From: Dehalococcoidia bacterium | Lineage (GTDB): Bacteria; Chloroflexota; Dehalococcoidia; Lucifugimonadales; Lucifugimonadaceae | Length of the DNA stretch: 64,000 nt | Direction of reading: 5' to 3' | NCBI GenBank assembly: GCA_026421185.1 | Contig: JAPKCH010000003.1 | Span: 12,375 to 76,374 of the forward strand | Shown here: one piece after another, positions 56,784-64,000 of the stretch | How the letters are laid out: every line of letters starts with the position of its first letter | Position numbering within the stretch: position 1 is the stretch's first letter | The notes under the pieces: generated by a model | What the model was told of the DNA's origin: nothing | The model's database searches: none | What the model saw: only the letters and a program-made list of their open reading frames with translations | Program-made: the position numbers and the translations under genes

Positions 56784-57770
56784 ATGACCACCAAAGTACT
56801 AATCACCGACTACGTATGGCCTTCGACAGATCCTGAACGAGAAGTTCTAGAAGCTGACGGCATTGAACTGGTTATCGCCCCCGACACTTCGGAATCTACT
56901 CTCGCTGAGCTAGCAAAAGATGTCGACGCTATCATGTTTTGTTTCGCACAAGTAACAGCCAAAGTTCTTGAGTCTGCGAAAAAATGCAAAATTGCAGCAC
57001 GGTACGGAATCGGCGTCGATAACGTTGATATTGCGAAAGCAACGGAACTCGGAATAGTAGTAACAAACGTTCCTGATTACTGCATGGACGAAGTAACTGA
57101 TCATGCATTAGCTATGATCCTAGCTTTGAATCGCCGGCTAGTGCCACACACAAGTTCTGTTGTGGCAGGTGGTTGGAATGACGTAGCGTTGAACCAACCT
57201 ATGCACCGAACGCGTGGGGCCACTCTAGGTATCGTCGGTTACGGCCGAATCGGCCGCTCTCTCGGTGCTAAGGCCGTGGGCTTTGGCATGGAAATTCTTG
57301 CGTACGATCCCATGATAGAAGTAGGTTCAGACGTAGAAGGGGCAACAGCCGTTTCACTCGATCATCTACTGGCGAAGTCTGACTTCGTTTCATTACATGT
57401 ACCGCTTATACCTACAACCCAAAATATGATCAGTGCACCTGAACTGGCAAAGATGAAAGCCGGTTCGATAATTGTGAACTGCGCTCGTGGAGGTCTGATC
57501 GATGAAGATGCTCTCGCTGCTTCACTAGCATCGGGCCACACTGCAGGCGCGGGACTTGATGTTGTAGAACCAACTCCCCCTAGTTCTGACAGCGCTCTTA
57601 TTCAGCAAGAAAATGTGATCATCACGCCTCACACTGCATTCTTCTCTCAGGCTTCCACATTGGAACTTGAGCAACGAACTGCTCAGGAAGTCGTTCGTGT
57701 ACTCGCTGGAGAAAAACCTAAGAACCTGATCAACCCACACGTGTTGGGCAAAGCGCGATCAGGAATTTAG
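56784..57770 (+). CDS. D-isomer-specific 2-hydroxyacid dehydrogenase (CtBP-like)
   Basis: RYGIGVDN, NVPDYC..EV.DH, GYGRIG, NCARG, GLDV...P, TPHTAF. Confidence 0.88.
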   Translation: MTTKVLITDYVWPSTDPEREVLEADGIELVIAPDTSESTLAELAKDVDAIMFCFAQVTAKVLESAKKCKIAARYGIGVDNVDIAKATELGIVVTNVPDYCMDEVTDHALAMILALNRRLVPHTSSVVAGGWNDVALNQPMHRTRGATLGIVGYGRIGRSLGAKAVGFGMEILAYDPMIEVGSDVEGATAVSLDHLLAKSDFVSLHVPLIPTTQNMISAPELAKMKAGSIIVNCARGGLIDEDALAASLASGHTAGAGLDVVEPTPPSSDSALIQQENVIITPHTAFFSQASTLELEQRTAQEVVRVLAGEKPKNLINPHVLGKARSGI

Positions 57771-57948
57771 TCGGTCTGCTAATTGGTCTTAGATCTCAGG
57801 CCTTTAGCGTGATACAGAGATGAGATTACTTGCTCGGTTTAGAGTTACGGGACTCTATATCCGTTGCTCAACCGATGGGAGCATCGTAGTCTTAACCGAT
57901 GTTCAGTTCCAAAGCATTGCATATTGCTATGTTGCTGAAACATAACTA

Positions 57949-58023
57949 GCCAACGTAGCTCAGTGGTAGAGCAGCTCATTCGTAATGAGCAGGTCGGAAG
58001 TTCAATCCTTCTCGTTGGCTCCA
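57949..58023 (+). tRNA. tRNA-Thr (anticodon CGU), CCA encoded
   Basis: GCCAACG/CGTTGGC acceptor stem, TAGCTCAGTGGTAGAGC D arm, GCTCA-TTCGTAA-TGAGC anticodon arm, GTTCAATC T loop, TCCA end. Confidence 0.97.
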
Positions 58024-58033
58024 TATAAAAAAA

Positions 58034-58066
58034 GCCCTCAACTATACGGTTGGGGGTATTTTGTTT
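58034..58066 (+). terminator. intrinsic terminator after tRNA-Thr
   Basis: GCCCTCAAC...GTTGGGGGT hairpin followed by ATTTTGTTT. Confidence 0.65.
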
Positions 58067-58305
58067 CAGTAAGACGTCAATGACATGATTATTCATATCG
58101 GTCTTAAACAAAAGCGGCCTCGTCGGCATTGGATTGCTAACGAGGCCTATGTCACCCAGAGAGTCCCCAGTGGATGACACAGCTTTAACGATACAGCCTA
58201 CTTCGTTCAAATTGGGTGAATCATCAACCGATTGAACACTTATCCGCTTCTGCCTATCTGACTCTGTGAAACAATTTCTATCAATAGCACTCGCTAACCT
58301 GTCAT

Positions 58306-58974
58306 GTGATGATGTTAGTGTCCGATAAACGAAGTGCTGAAACATATGAAATAAGGTATGCCCGAACATTGAAATTAGCCGTATTGCAACTTCGATCAAA
58401 CTGGTACATACCGCTGATCATCTTTATCGCTGTGGGTTTTGTATTTACGATAGCCAGCTGTGGCGAAAACGGATCAAATGCTGAGTTCGACCCTGAAAGC
58501 TCTCTGATTGCCGAGATTGAAATATCTTCTGTAGCGTTTGAAGACGGTGGCAATGTTCCGATTGAGTACACGTGCGATGGAGAAAACATTTCTCCACCGC
58601 TCCGCTGGTCTGAGGTGCCTATAGGAACGCGTTCGATCGCTATCATCGTGGATGATCCCTACTCCGCGGGTCATATTTTCAGGCACTGGTCTGTTTTCAA
58701 TATTCCATCAGTCACACGATCGCTGGATGCAAACCAAGCGACTACACCTGATTTGAAGAACTCGACCAGACAAGCACTAAATGATTTTGGCGATACGGGA
58801 TACAGTGGTCCATGCCCGCCTGAGGGACAAGAACACGAGTACGTATTCTTTATCTACGCATTGTCTGAGCCGTTGGAGATTGAAGGAAATGCGACTCCAT
58901 TAGATGTTTCGGCTGCACTGCGTGGAAAGGTCGCTGGCACGGGCTCTTTCTCAGGCATATACGTTCGCCGGTAG
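58306..58974 (+). CDS. YbhB/YbcL (PEBP/Raf kinase inhibitor-like) protein, probable lipoprotein; true start may be ~60-80 nt downstream
   Basis: YTCDG.NISPPL.W, DDP, HW..FNIP, GYSGPCPP...H.Y.F..YAL; IASC lipobox after a hydrophobic stretch. Confidence 0.85.
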   Translation: MMMLVSDKRSAETYEIRYARTLKLAVLQLRSNWYIPLIIFIAVGFVFTIASCGENGSNAEFDPESSLIAEIEISSVAFEDGGNVPIEYTCDGENISPPLRWSEVPIGTRSIAIIVDDPYSAGHIFRHWSVFNIPSVTRSLDANQATTPDLKNSTRQALNDFGDTGYSGPCPPEGQEHEYVFFIYALSEPLEIEGNATPLDVSAALRGKVAGTGSFSGIYVRR

Positions 58975-59299
58975 TGTTTTGTGGATTTACCGTACCTTGA
59001 GCACACCCGTAATTGATTTAATTACAGGTAACGTAGAAGAACTGATATTGCTTCGACTGCTCGCAGAATACGTCTACGGTCAGAACTCTGCCCTACCCAA
59101 ATGCAGTACAGGGGTTCTTCAAACCTACTCAGTTCGATACTTCAACACTGTCGCAGGATTTAGCGTTGGTTGAATACCTGTGCAGATGATGCTTGGATTG
59201 GGTGCTAGACTTGCTGATTCGTTCGGAATAGGTAGAGTACGCGCGAGTTTGCGATCAAATTTCAAAATCCTGAGCGCTCGAACAGGCGATTAGGAACAA

Positions 59300-60211
59300 T
59301 TGGCGAGAGTATTGTCGGCACTTCAGCACACTGAACACCCAATTCTGAGCAACACAGTCTTCCTAGCTGCATGGGGCGGCTGGCCAGATGCTGCCGAGTC
59401 AGCTACTCGCTCGCTTCGTGAACTCGTGCGCCAACTTTCAGCCACCCATTTCGCATCTATTGACCCTGAAGATTTTTATGATTTTGCTGAGCAGCGCCCA
59501 GTAATTTCGAATGAGTCAGACGGTTCTCGAAAACTGACCTGGCCAAAGAACGAGTTCTACTACTGGAAATCCGAAGATGGTGGACGCGACTTACTCATAT
59601 TCCTTGGTGTAGAGCCAAATTTGAAATGGCGCACGTACACCGACCTGATCCACAAGGTAGCTAGTGAGAGCGACACCAAATTACTCGTCACTGTTGGCGC
59701 CTTACTTGATTCTGTACCTCACACGCGATCAGCACGTGTGACAGGTTCATCGATTAATACCGATCTAGGCATAGGATTTGAGCACATCAAATACTCAGTG
59801 CCTAACTACGAGGGGCCATCTGGGGTTACGTCTGTTCTTACGGATCGTCTTAACCAAGATAAGATTCCTTCAGCAAGCGTTTGGGGACATTCGCCCCACT
59901 ATTTACAGGTAGCTCAGAATCCAACGCTGACACATGCGATTCTTACCGAGCTACAGCAGTTTATTTCCGCACCTATTGACCTAAGCAAACTGTCCAAAGA
60001 AGCCGAAGAATTCGATGAAAACTTGGTACGAGCGCTTTCTGATCAACAGGAAATTGAAGGATATGTGAAGCGACTTGAGGAACGTTATGACTCGGAAGAG
60101 GAATTTCGACAAAGCCCCGAACCGGCCGCACTGGTCCAAGAACTTGAAGACTTTTTACGCCAGCAACGGGTATCAGATGACCCTACTGGTGATGGAGACA
60201 TCGCAGATTGA
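59300..60211 (+). CDS. PAC2 (proteasome assembly chaperone 2)-family protein
   Basis: GGWPDAAESAT, IDPEDFYDF...RP, G.EPNLKW, GALLDSVPHTR, YEGP.G, WG..PHY, YV..LE. Confidence 0.85.
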   Translation: MARVLSALQHTEHPILSNTVFLAAWGGWPDAAESATRSLRELVRQLSATHFASIDPEDFYDFAEQRPVISNESDGSRKLTWPKNEFYYWKSEDGGRDLLIFLGVEPNLKWRTYTDLIHKVASESDTKLLVTVGALLDSVPHTRSARVTGSSINTDLGIGFEHIKYSVPNYEGPSGVTSVLTDRLNQDKIPSASVWGHSPHYLQVAQNPTLTHAILTELQQFISAPIDLSKLSKEAEEFDENLVRALSDQQEIEGYVKRLEERYDSEEEFRQSPEPAALVQELEDFLRQQRVSDDPTGDGDIAD

Positions 60212-60975
60212 GTAAGATTTCCGAACGACTAACCAAACTCGGGCAGACTGAACGTTCTGGTTTTGGATTTGCCGCAAAAGCGGCAAGCACAAAAATCCCA
60301 GTAATTCTCGTCGGAGTAACGGTCACAGATTCTGCCGCGGCGAAAGGGATTGAAGCAGACCTTTTCGTTCTTTCCCCTGATTCAACTGGAGCGCCTCAGG
60401 CAACTCCAATTGAAGGAGCCGATATATGGGGAGCGGCTGTATCAGGCGGCACATCGAAAGATATCGATGCTACTGTCGAATCCGGCGCTGATTTCGTTTT
60501 GGTGGAAGGAGAATCTGCTCCAGGATCAGCATTACGAGACGATGAGACTAGTAAAGGTTTTGTAGTTGAAAATGACGTATCCGAAAATCGTACTAAAGCA
60601 ATCAATTCAAGTCCTTTTGATTTTCTAATTCTCAATGGTAATGATCTCAAATTACCTCTCAACGTAGGATCAGTTCTCGATGTCCAAGAAGAATTAGCCA
60701 AGTACTCACAACACATTTTTCTAAGTGTTTCTGAGATTCCCGATCAGGAAAATCTGGAGTTACTTCGAGATATCGGGATATCTGCTTTGATTTACGACGG
60801 TAAAACAACTGTTAGTGCTGATCTTGCCTCACTTCGAAAAACTATTGAGCAGCTTGAGCCTAAGAAGCAAAAAAGTAATGCGGGAGCAACTCTCCCCCGT
60901 TCTGGTGAGTCATTCGCTCCAGAAGAGGATCACGAAGATCATGACCACTCCGATGACGACGACGATTGGGAATAA
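60208..60975 (+). CDS. hypothetical protein (possible TIM-barrel-like fold) with acidic His-rich tail
   Basis: 255 aa, overlaps the PAC2 stop; GFGF N-terminal motif, GADFV; C-terminus EEDHEDHDHSDDDDDWE. Confidence 0.65.
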   Translation: MSKISERLTKLGQTERSGFGFAAKAASTKIPVILVGVTVTDSAAAKGIEADLFVLSPDSTGAPQATPIEGADIWGAAVSGGTSKDIDATVESGADFVLVEGESAPGSALRDDETSKGFVVENDVSENRTKAINSSPFDFLILNGNDLKLPLNVGSVLDVQEELAKYSQHIFLSVSEIPDQENLELLRDIGISALIYDGKTTVSADLASLRKTIEQLEPKKQKSNAGATLPRSGESFAPEEDHEDHDHSDDDDDWE

Positions 60976-61046
60976 AGGTCGTTACAACCAAAATCTCATT
61001 CGTAACGTGGATGTTTGTAACTACCCACAACTAGCAGGAATTCAAT

Positions 61047-62072
61047 ATGACTAATTACACGATCATCGGACTTGGAAGAATCGGCACATCTTTGGGTATG
61101 GCCATCCGTAGCAAGGGTGGACATCGAGTCGTTGGATACGATGCCGATAACACAGCGCAGAGCCTTGCTCAGCGAATGGGAGCTGTCGACGAGACGGAAT
61201 GGAATCTCGATAAGGCCGTTTCCGATGCAGATGTGGTTATAGCAGCTACCCCTGCTGGTGCTCTGTACGACGTTTTCGATGGCATCGCCAGCTATCTAAA
61301 AGCCGGATCTGTTGTGACCGACACGTCCCCTTCTAAGCGATCTGTAATGGAATGGGCGCATGAACTTCTCCCTTCAAACGTCGATTACGTGGGAGGTAAT
61401 CCATTGACGGGTGCTTCGATCAAGGAACAAAAAGACGCTTCTGGCTACATATTCCACAATGCAAAGTGGGCAGTTGTCGCTCCTCCAAATGCAGGTCAGC
61501 AGTCGATTCGATCGATAATTGATCTGATTGAAAATGTTGGGGCTAAACCCGTTTTCATGGATGCCCATGAGCACGATTCTTTTTCGGCAGCAACTAGCGG
61601 TCTACCAGCGGTAGTGTCTGCGGCAGTAATGAATGTTGTAAGTACTTCACCATCTTGGGCGGAAATCAGCCGTTTCGTCGGTGCCGATTTTGACAACATA
61701 ACGGCTCCGGCATCGGGAGATCCAGCATCATCACAAAGTGCTGCGGCTACAAATGCCGACATGCTCGCCCACTGGATCGATCAACTTATTGAACGGTTCC
61801 AAGCGATTAGAGAAGGTTTGATCGACGACGAAGCTCGATTTTCCTCTGATGGAATTCTTGCTGATTCATTTGTCCAGGCATGGGAACAACGTGCGCGACT
61901 CGAAGCAGGCGTAGCTGACCGTCGACCAGAAACTGAAGAACGCGCTTCAATTCCTTCATCTGGCGACAGCATGATGGGACTGTTCTTCGGAAGTCGAATC
62001 TCCAAATTAATGGGCAACAACAAAGAAAAGAAAAAAGACTCGACGACTTACGATCGTCGAAGAATGAACTAA
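61047..62072 (+). CDS. tyrA: prephenate/arogenate dehydrogenase (TyrA) homologue with altered active-site motifs
   Basis: IIGLGRIG.S, VTDT..SK, GG.P, EHD, LP, ASGDP; immediately upstream of aroA. Confidence 0.75.
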   Translation: MTNYTIIGLGRIGTSLGMAIRSKGGHRVVGYDADNTAQSLAQRMGAVDETEWNLDKAVSDADVVIAATPAGALYDVFDGIASYLKAGSVVTDTSPSKRSVMEWAHELLPSNVDYVGGNPLTGASIKEQKDASGYIFHNAKWAVVAPPNAGQQSIRSIIDLIENVGAKPVFMDAHEHDSFSAATSGLPAVVSAAVMNVVSTSPSWAEISRFVGADFDNITAPASGDPASSQSAAATNADMLAHWIDQLIERFQAIREGLIDDEARFSSDGILADSFVQAWEQRARLEAGVADRRPETEERASIPSSGDSMMGLFFGSRISKLMGNNKEKKKDSTTYDRRRMN

Positions 62073-62082
62073 CAGGACTCGA

Positions 62083-63393
62083 ATGTCAGTAACTATTGCA
62101 CGGCCGCGATCGCTTCGCGGAGAAATTATTGCACCCGGCGATAAGTCCGTTTCACACAGGGCGATTATGTTCAATGCCCTTTCTAACAGGGGTATAGCAA
62201 GGGTCACGAACTTCTCTCCCGGCGCTGATTGCACCTCGACCGTTGAGATTATGCGTGCCCTCGGCGTTGAAATATCACGTAAAGCAGGTAAGCCCGGCAT
62301 GGGTGACAGTCTGACCGTGAAAGGAGTAGGTCTTAACGGACTTCAAGAGCCTTCAGGCATTCTCGATGCTGGAAACAGCGGTACAACAACTCGACTGATG
62401 TCAGGCATCCTTGCCGGTAGAGACATCATGACGATTCTCACCGGTGACGATTCGCTTAGTTCACGTCCCATGGGTCGTGTGGTCAACCCTCTCACCCAGA
62501 TGGGCGCCCAGATTTCTGGCCGAGCGAACAACACACTCGCTCCTCTGGTATTCCATGGCGGATCGCTACAAGGTACTGACTACGATATGCCAGTCGCCTC
62601 CGCACAGTTGAAGTCGTGCCTTCTTCTCGCTGGTCTTAGAGCAGATGGCGTAACAACGCTCACACAACCGGCAGAATCACGTGATCACACCGAGCGTATG
62701 TTCTCTGCAATGGGTGTGAATCTAAAAAAAACTGGATTAGATCTCGTTCTCGAACCTTCCGAATTAGAAACAGTCGATGTTGAAGTTCCTGGTGATATCA
62801 GTAGTGCAGCTTTCTGGATGGTTGCAGGAATCTGCCATCCTGATGCTGAACTAATGATTCGTAACGTAGGTATCAACCCAACGCGTGCAGGAATCATCAC
62901 AGCTCTGCAAATGATGGGTGCAGACCTAACGTTGATTGATCAACGTGAAGTGGCCGGTGAACCTGTAGCTGATGTATTGGTCAAGACCAGTCAACTAAAA
63001 GGAGTCGAACTTTCAGGTGATATTGTTCCATTGCTGATTGATGAAATACCAGTGATCGCCGTCGCTGCCGCCGTTGCAGAGGGCGAAACGGTCGTTAGAG
63101 ACGCTGAAGAACTTCGGGTGAAGGAATCAGACCGTATTGCGGCAAGTGTCTCTTGGTTGAACGGTGCCGGAGTGGAAGCTGTAGGCACGCCTGATGGCAT
63201 GATTGTGGCTGGCGGTAATACAATTCGTGGTGGACAGTTCCAGAGTTTCGATGATCACAGACTTGCCATGAGTTTGGGAGTTGCTGGATTGATTTCTAGT
63301 GAGCCGATCACGGTTCTAGATCCTGAAGTGGCAGGTATCTCGTACCCTAATTTCTGGGAGATTATCGAGAGGATTGGTGGATTGGTTGGGTAA
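62083..63393 (+). CDS. aroA: 3-phosphoshikimate 1-carboxyvinyltransferase (EPSP synthase)
   Basis: PGDKSVSHRA, DAGNSGTT.RL, RPM.R, ASAQ.KS, SRDHTERM, PGDISSAAF, IDEIP, LRVKESDR, DHR. Confidence 0.97.
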   Translation: MSVTIARPRSLRGEIIAPGDKSVSHRAIMFNALSNRGIARVTNFSPGADCTSTVEIMRALGVEISRKAGKPGMGDSLTVKGVGLNGLQEPSGILDAGNSGTTTRLMSGILAGRDIMTILTGDDSLSSRPMGRVVNPLTQMGAQISGRANNTLAPLVFHGGSLQGTDYDMPVASAQLKSCLLLAGLRADGVTTLTQPAESRDHTERMFSAMGVNLKKTGLDLVLEPSELETVDVEVPGDISSAAFWMVAGICHPDAELMIRNVGINPTRAGIITALQMMGADLTLIDQREVAGEPVADVLVKTSQLKGVELSGDIVPLLIDEIPVIAVAAAVAEGETVVRDAEELRVKESDRIAASVSWLNGAGVEAVGTPDGMIVAGGNTIRGGQFQSFDDHRLAMSLGVAGLISSEPITVLDPEVAGISYPNFWEIIERIGGLVG

Positions 63394-63409
63394 CTCACCA
63401 GTAGCCAAT

Positions 63410-64000
63410 ATGAAACCTATAGTAGTCGTGATATCTGGACCATCAGGCGTTGGAAAAGATGTCATGATCGAACGGATGATCGAATCAGGTCGACTCGGAT
63501 TTCATTTCACTGTTACAACGACCACTCGGGATCCTCGTCCGGGTGAAAAAGATGGGGTCAATCACCATTTTGTTACCGTAGACGATTTTGTTAACCTCAT
63601 AGCGGCAGATGATTTGCTCGAATGGGCTCAGGTTTACGGGAACTACTACGGAGTACCCAAGCAGCAGGTCAGAGACGCACTCAATGCAGGTACTCACGTC
63701 ATCATCAGAGTTGATGTGCAGGGCGCTAAACGCCTAAGCGAAATCATTCCTGAAGCGCTTCTCATTTTCATCACTCCGCCTTCGCTAGATGTACTGGAAA
63801 AGCATCTCAAAAACCGCGGTGTTGATTCTGAAGAGGAAATGGTCAAACGGCTTGCTGCAGCCAACGAAGAAATTAGCCAAGAGAGCCTATTCGATTTCAC
63901 GGTGATCAATGTCGAAGGCCAACTCGATCAGACCGTCAATAGTGTTGTCGCGATCATTCAGTCCGAATCACAAAGAATTCCACCTCGGAACGTGATTATC
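63410..64000 (+). CDS. gmk: guanylate kinase (runs off the window end)
   Basis: ATG 63410; VISGPSGVGKD, TTRDPRPGEKDGVNHHF, LEWAQVYGNYYGVP, DVQGA, FITPPS. Confidence 0.93.
   Translation, partial: MKPIVVVISGPSGVGKDVMIERMIESGRLGFHFTVTTTTRDPRPGEKDGVNHHFVTVDDFVNLIAADDLLEWAQVYGNYYGVPKQQVRDALNAGTHVIIRVDVQGAKRLSEIIPEALLIFITPPSLDVLEKHLKNRGVDSEEEMVKRLAAANEEISQESLFDFTVINVEGQLDQTVNSVVAIIQSESQRIPPRNVII

Noticed and set aside
57845..58399. 184-aa minus-strand ORF
   Set aside because: It runs antisense through tRNA-Thr (the MEPTRRIELPTCSLR segment is the tRNA) and overlaps the YbhB gene; spurious
58904..59173. 89-aa ORF after the YbhB gene
   Set aside because: Overlaps YbhB in another frame, has no motif and no convincing RBS
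57949..59299. tRNA-Thr as the attachment site of an integrated element
   Set aside because: No integrase and no duplicated tRNA 3' end seen in the window
21..63909. Numerous 60-190 aa ORFs antisense or out of frame to well-supported genes
   Set aside because: Shadow ORFs with no motifs, explained by the codon structure of the real genes

Overview
Bacterial chromosomal window. Gene content and sequence style point to marine Chloroflexota (Dehalococcoidia, SAR202-like); this is an inference, not a database result. Housekeeping blocks: tsaC; guaA-purD-(HAD)-purB-purC-(DUF3105)-purS; hisZ-hisG-hisD-hisC-hisB; alaS-ruvX-aroE, aroC-aroK-aroB; rnd; tRNA-Thr(CGU); PAC2-hyp-tyrA-aroA-gmk. Accessory blocks: two sugar/sugar-acid catabolic clusters, a family-5 ABC importer with no ATPase gene, and a thrC-like/NIL/MoaD sulfur-carrier operon preceded by a sigma70 promoter and a structured ~160-nt leader that is a candidate riboswitch. 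The most interesting block is a cobalamin-dependent methyl-transfer locus (50.6-57.8 kb). It has two Zn-thiol methyltransferases, a stand-alone corrinoid protein, a RACo/RamA activator and three uncharacterised proteins, but no recognisable methyl-THF or MtaB/MttB donor module. Also seen: a TyrA homologue lacking its canonical catalytic residues, a probable ATC start for ruvX, an unannotated 48-aa HPPYCTCxxC protein and several decayed genes. No CRISPR array, rRNA or mobile element was found. All protein calls rest on motif recognition by eye.
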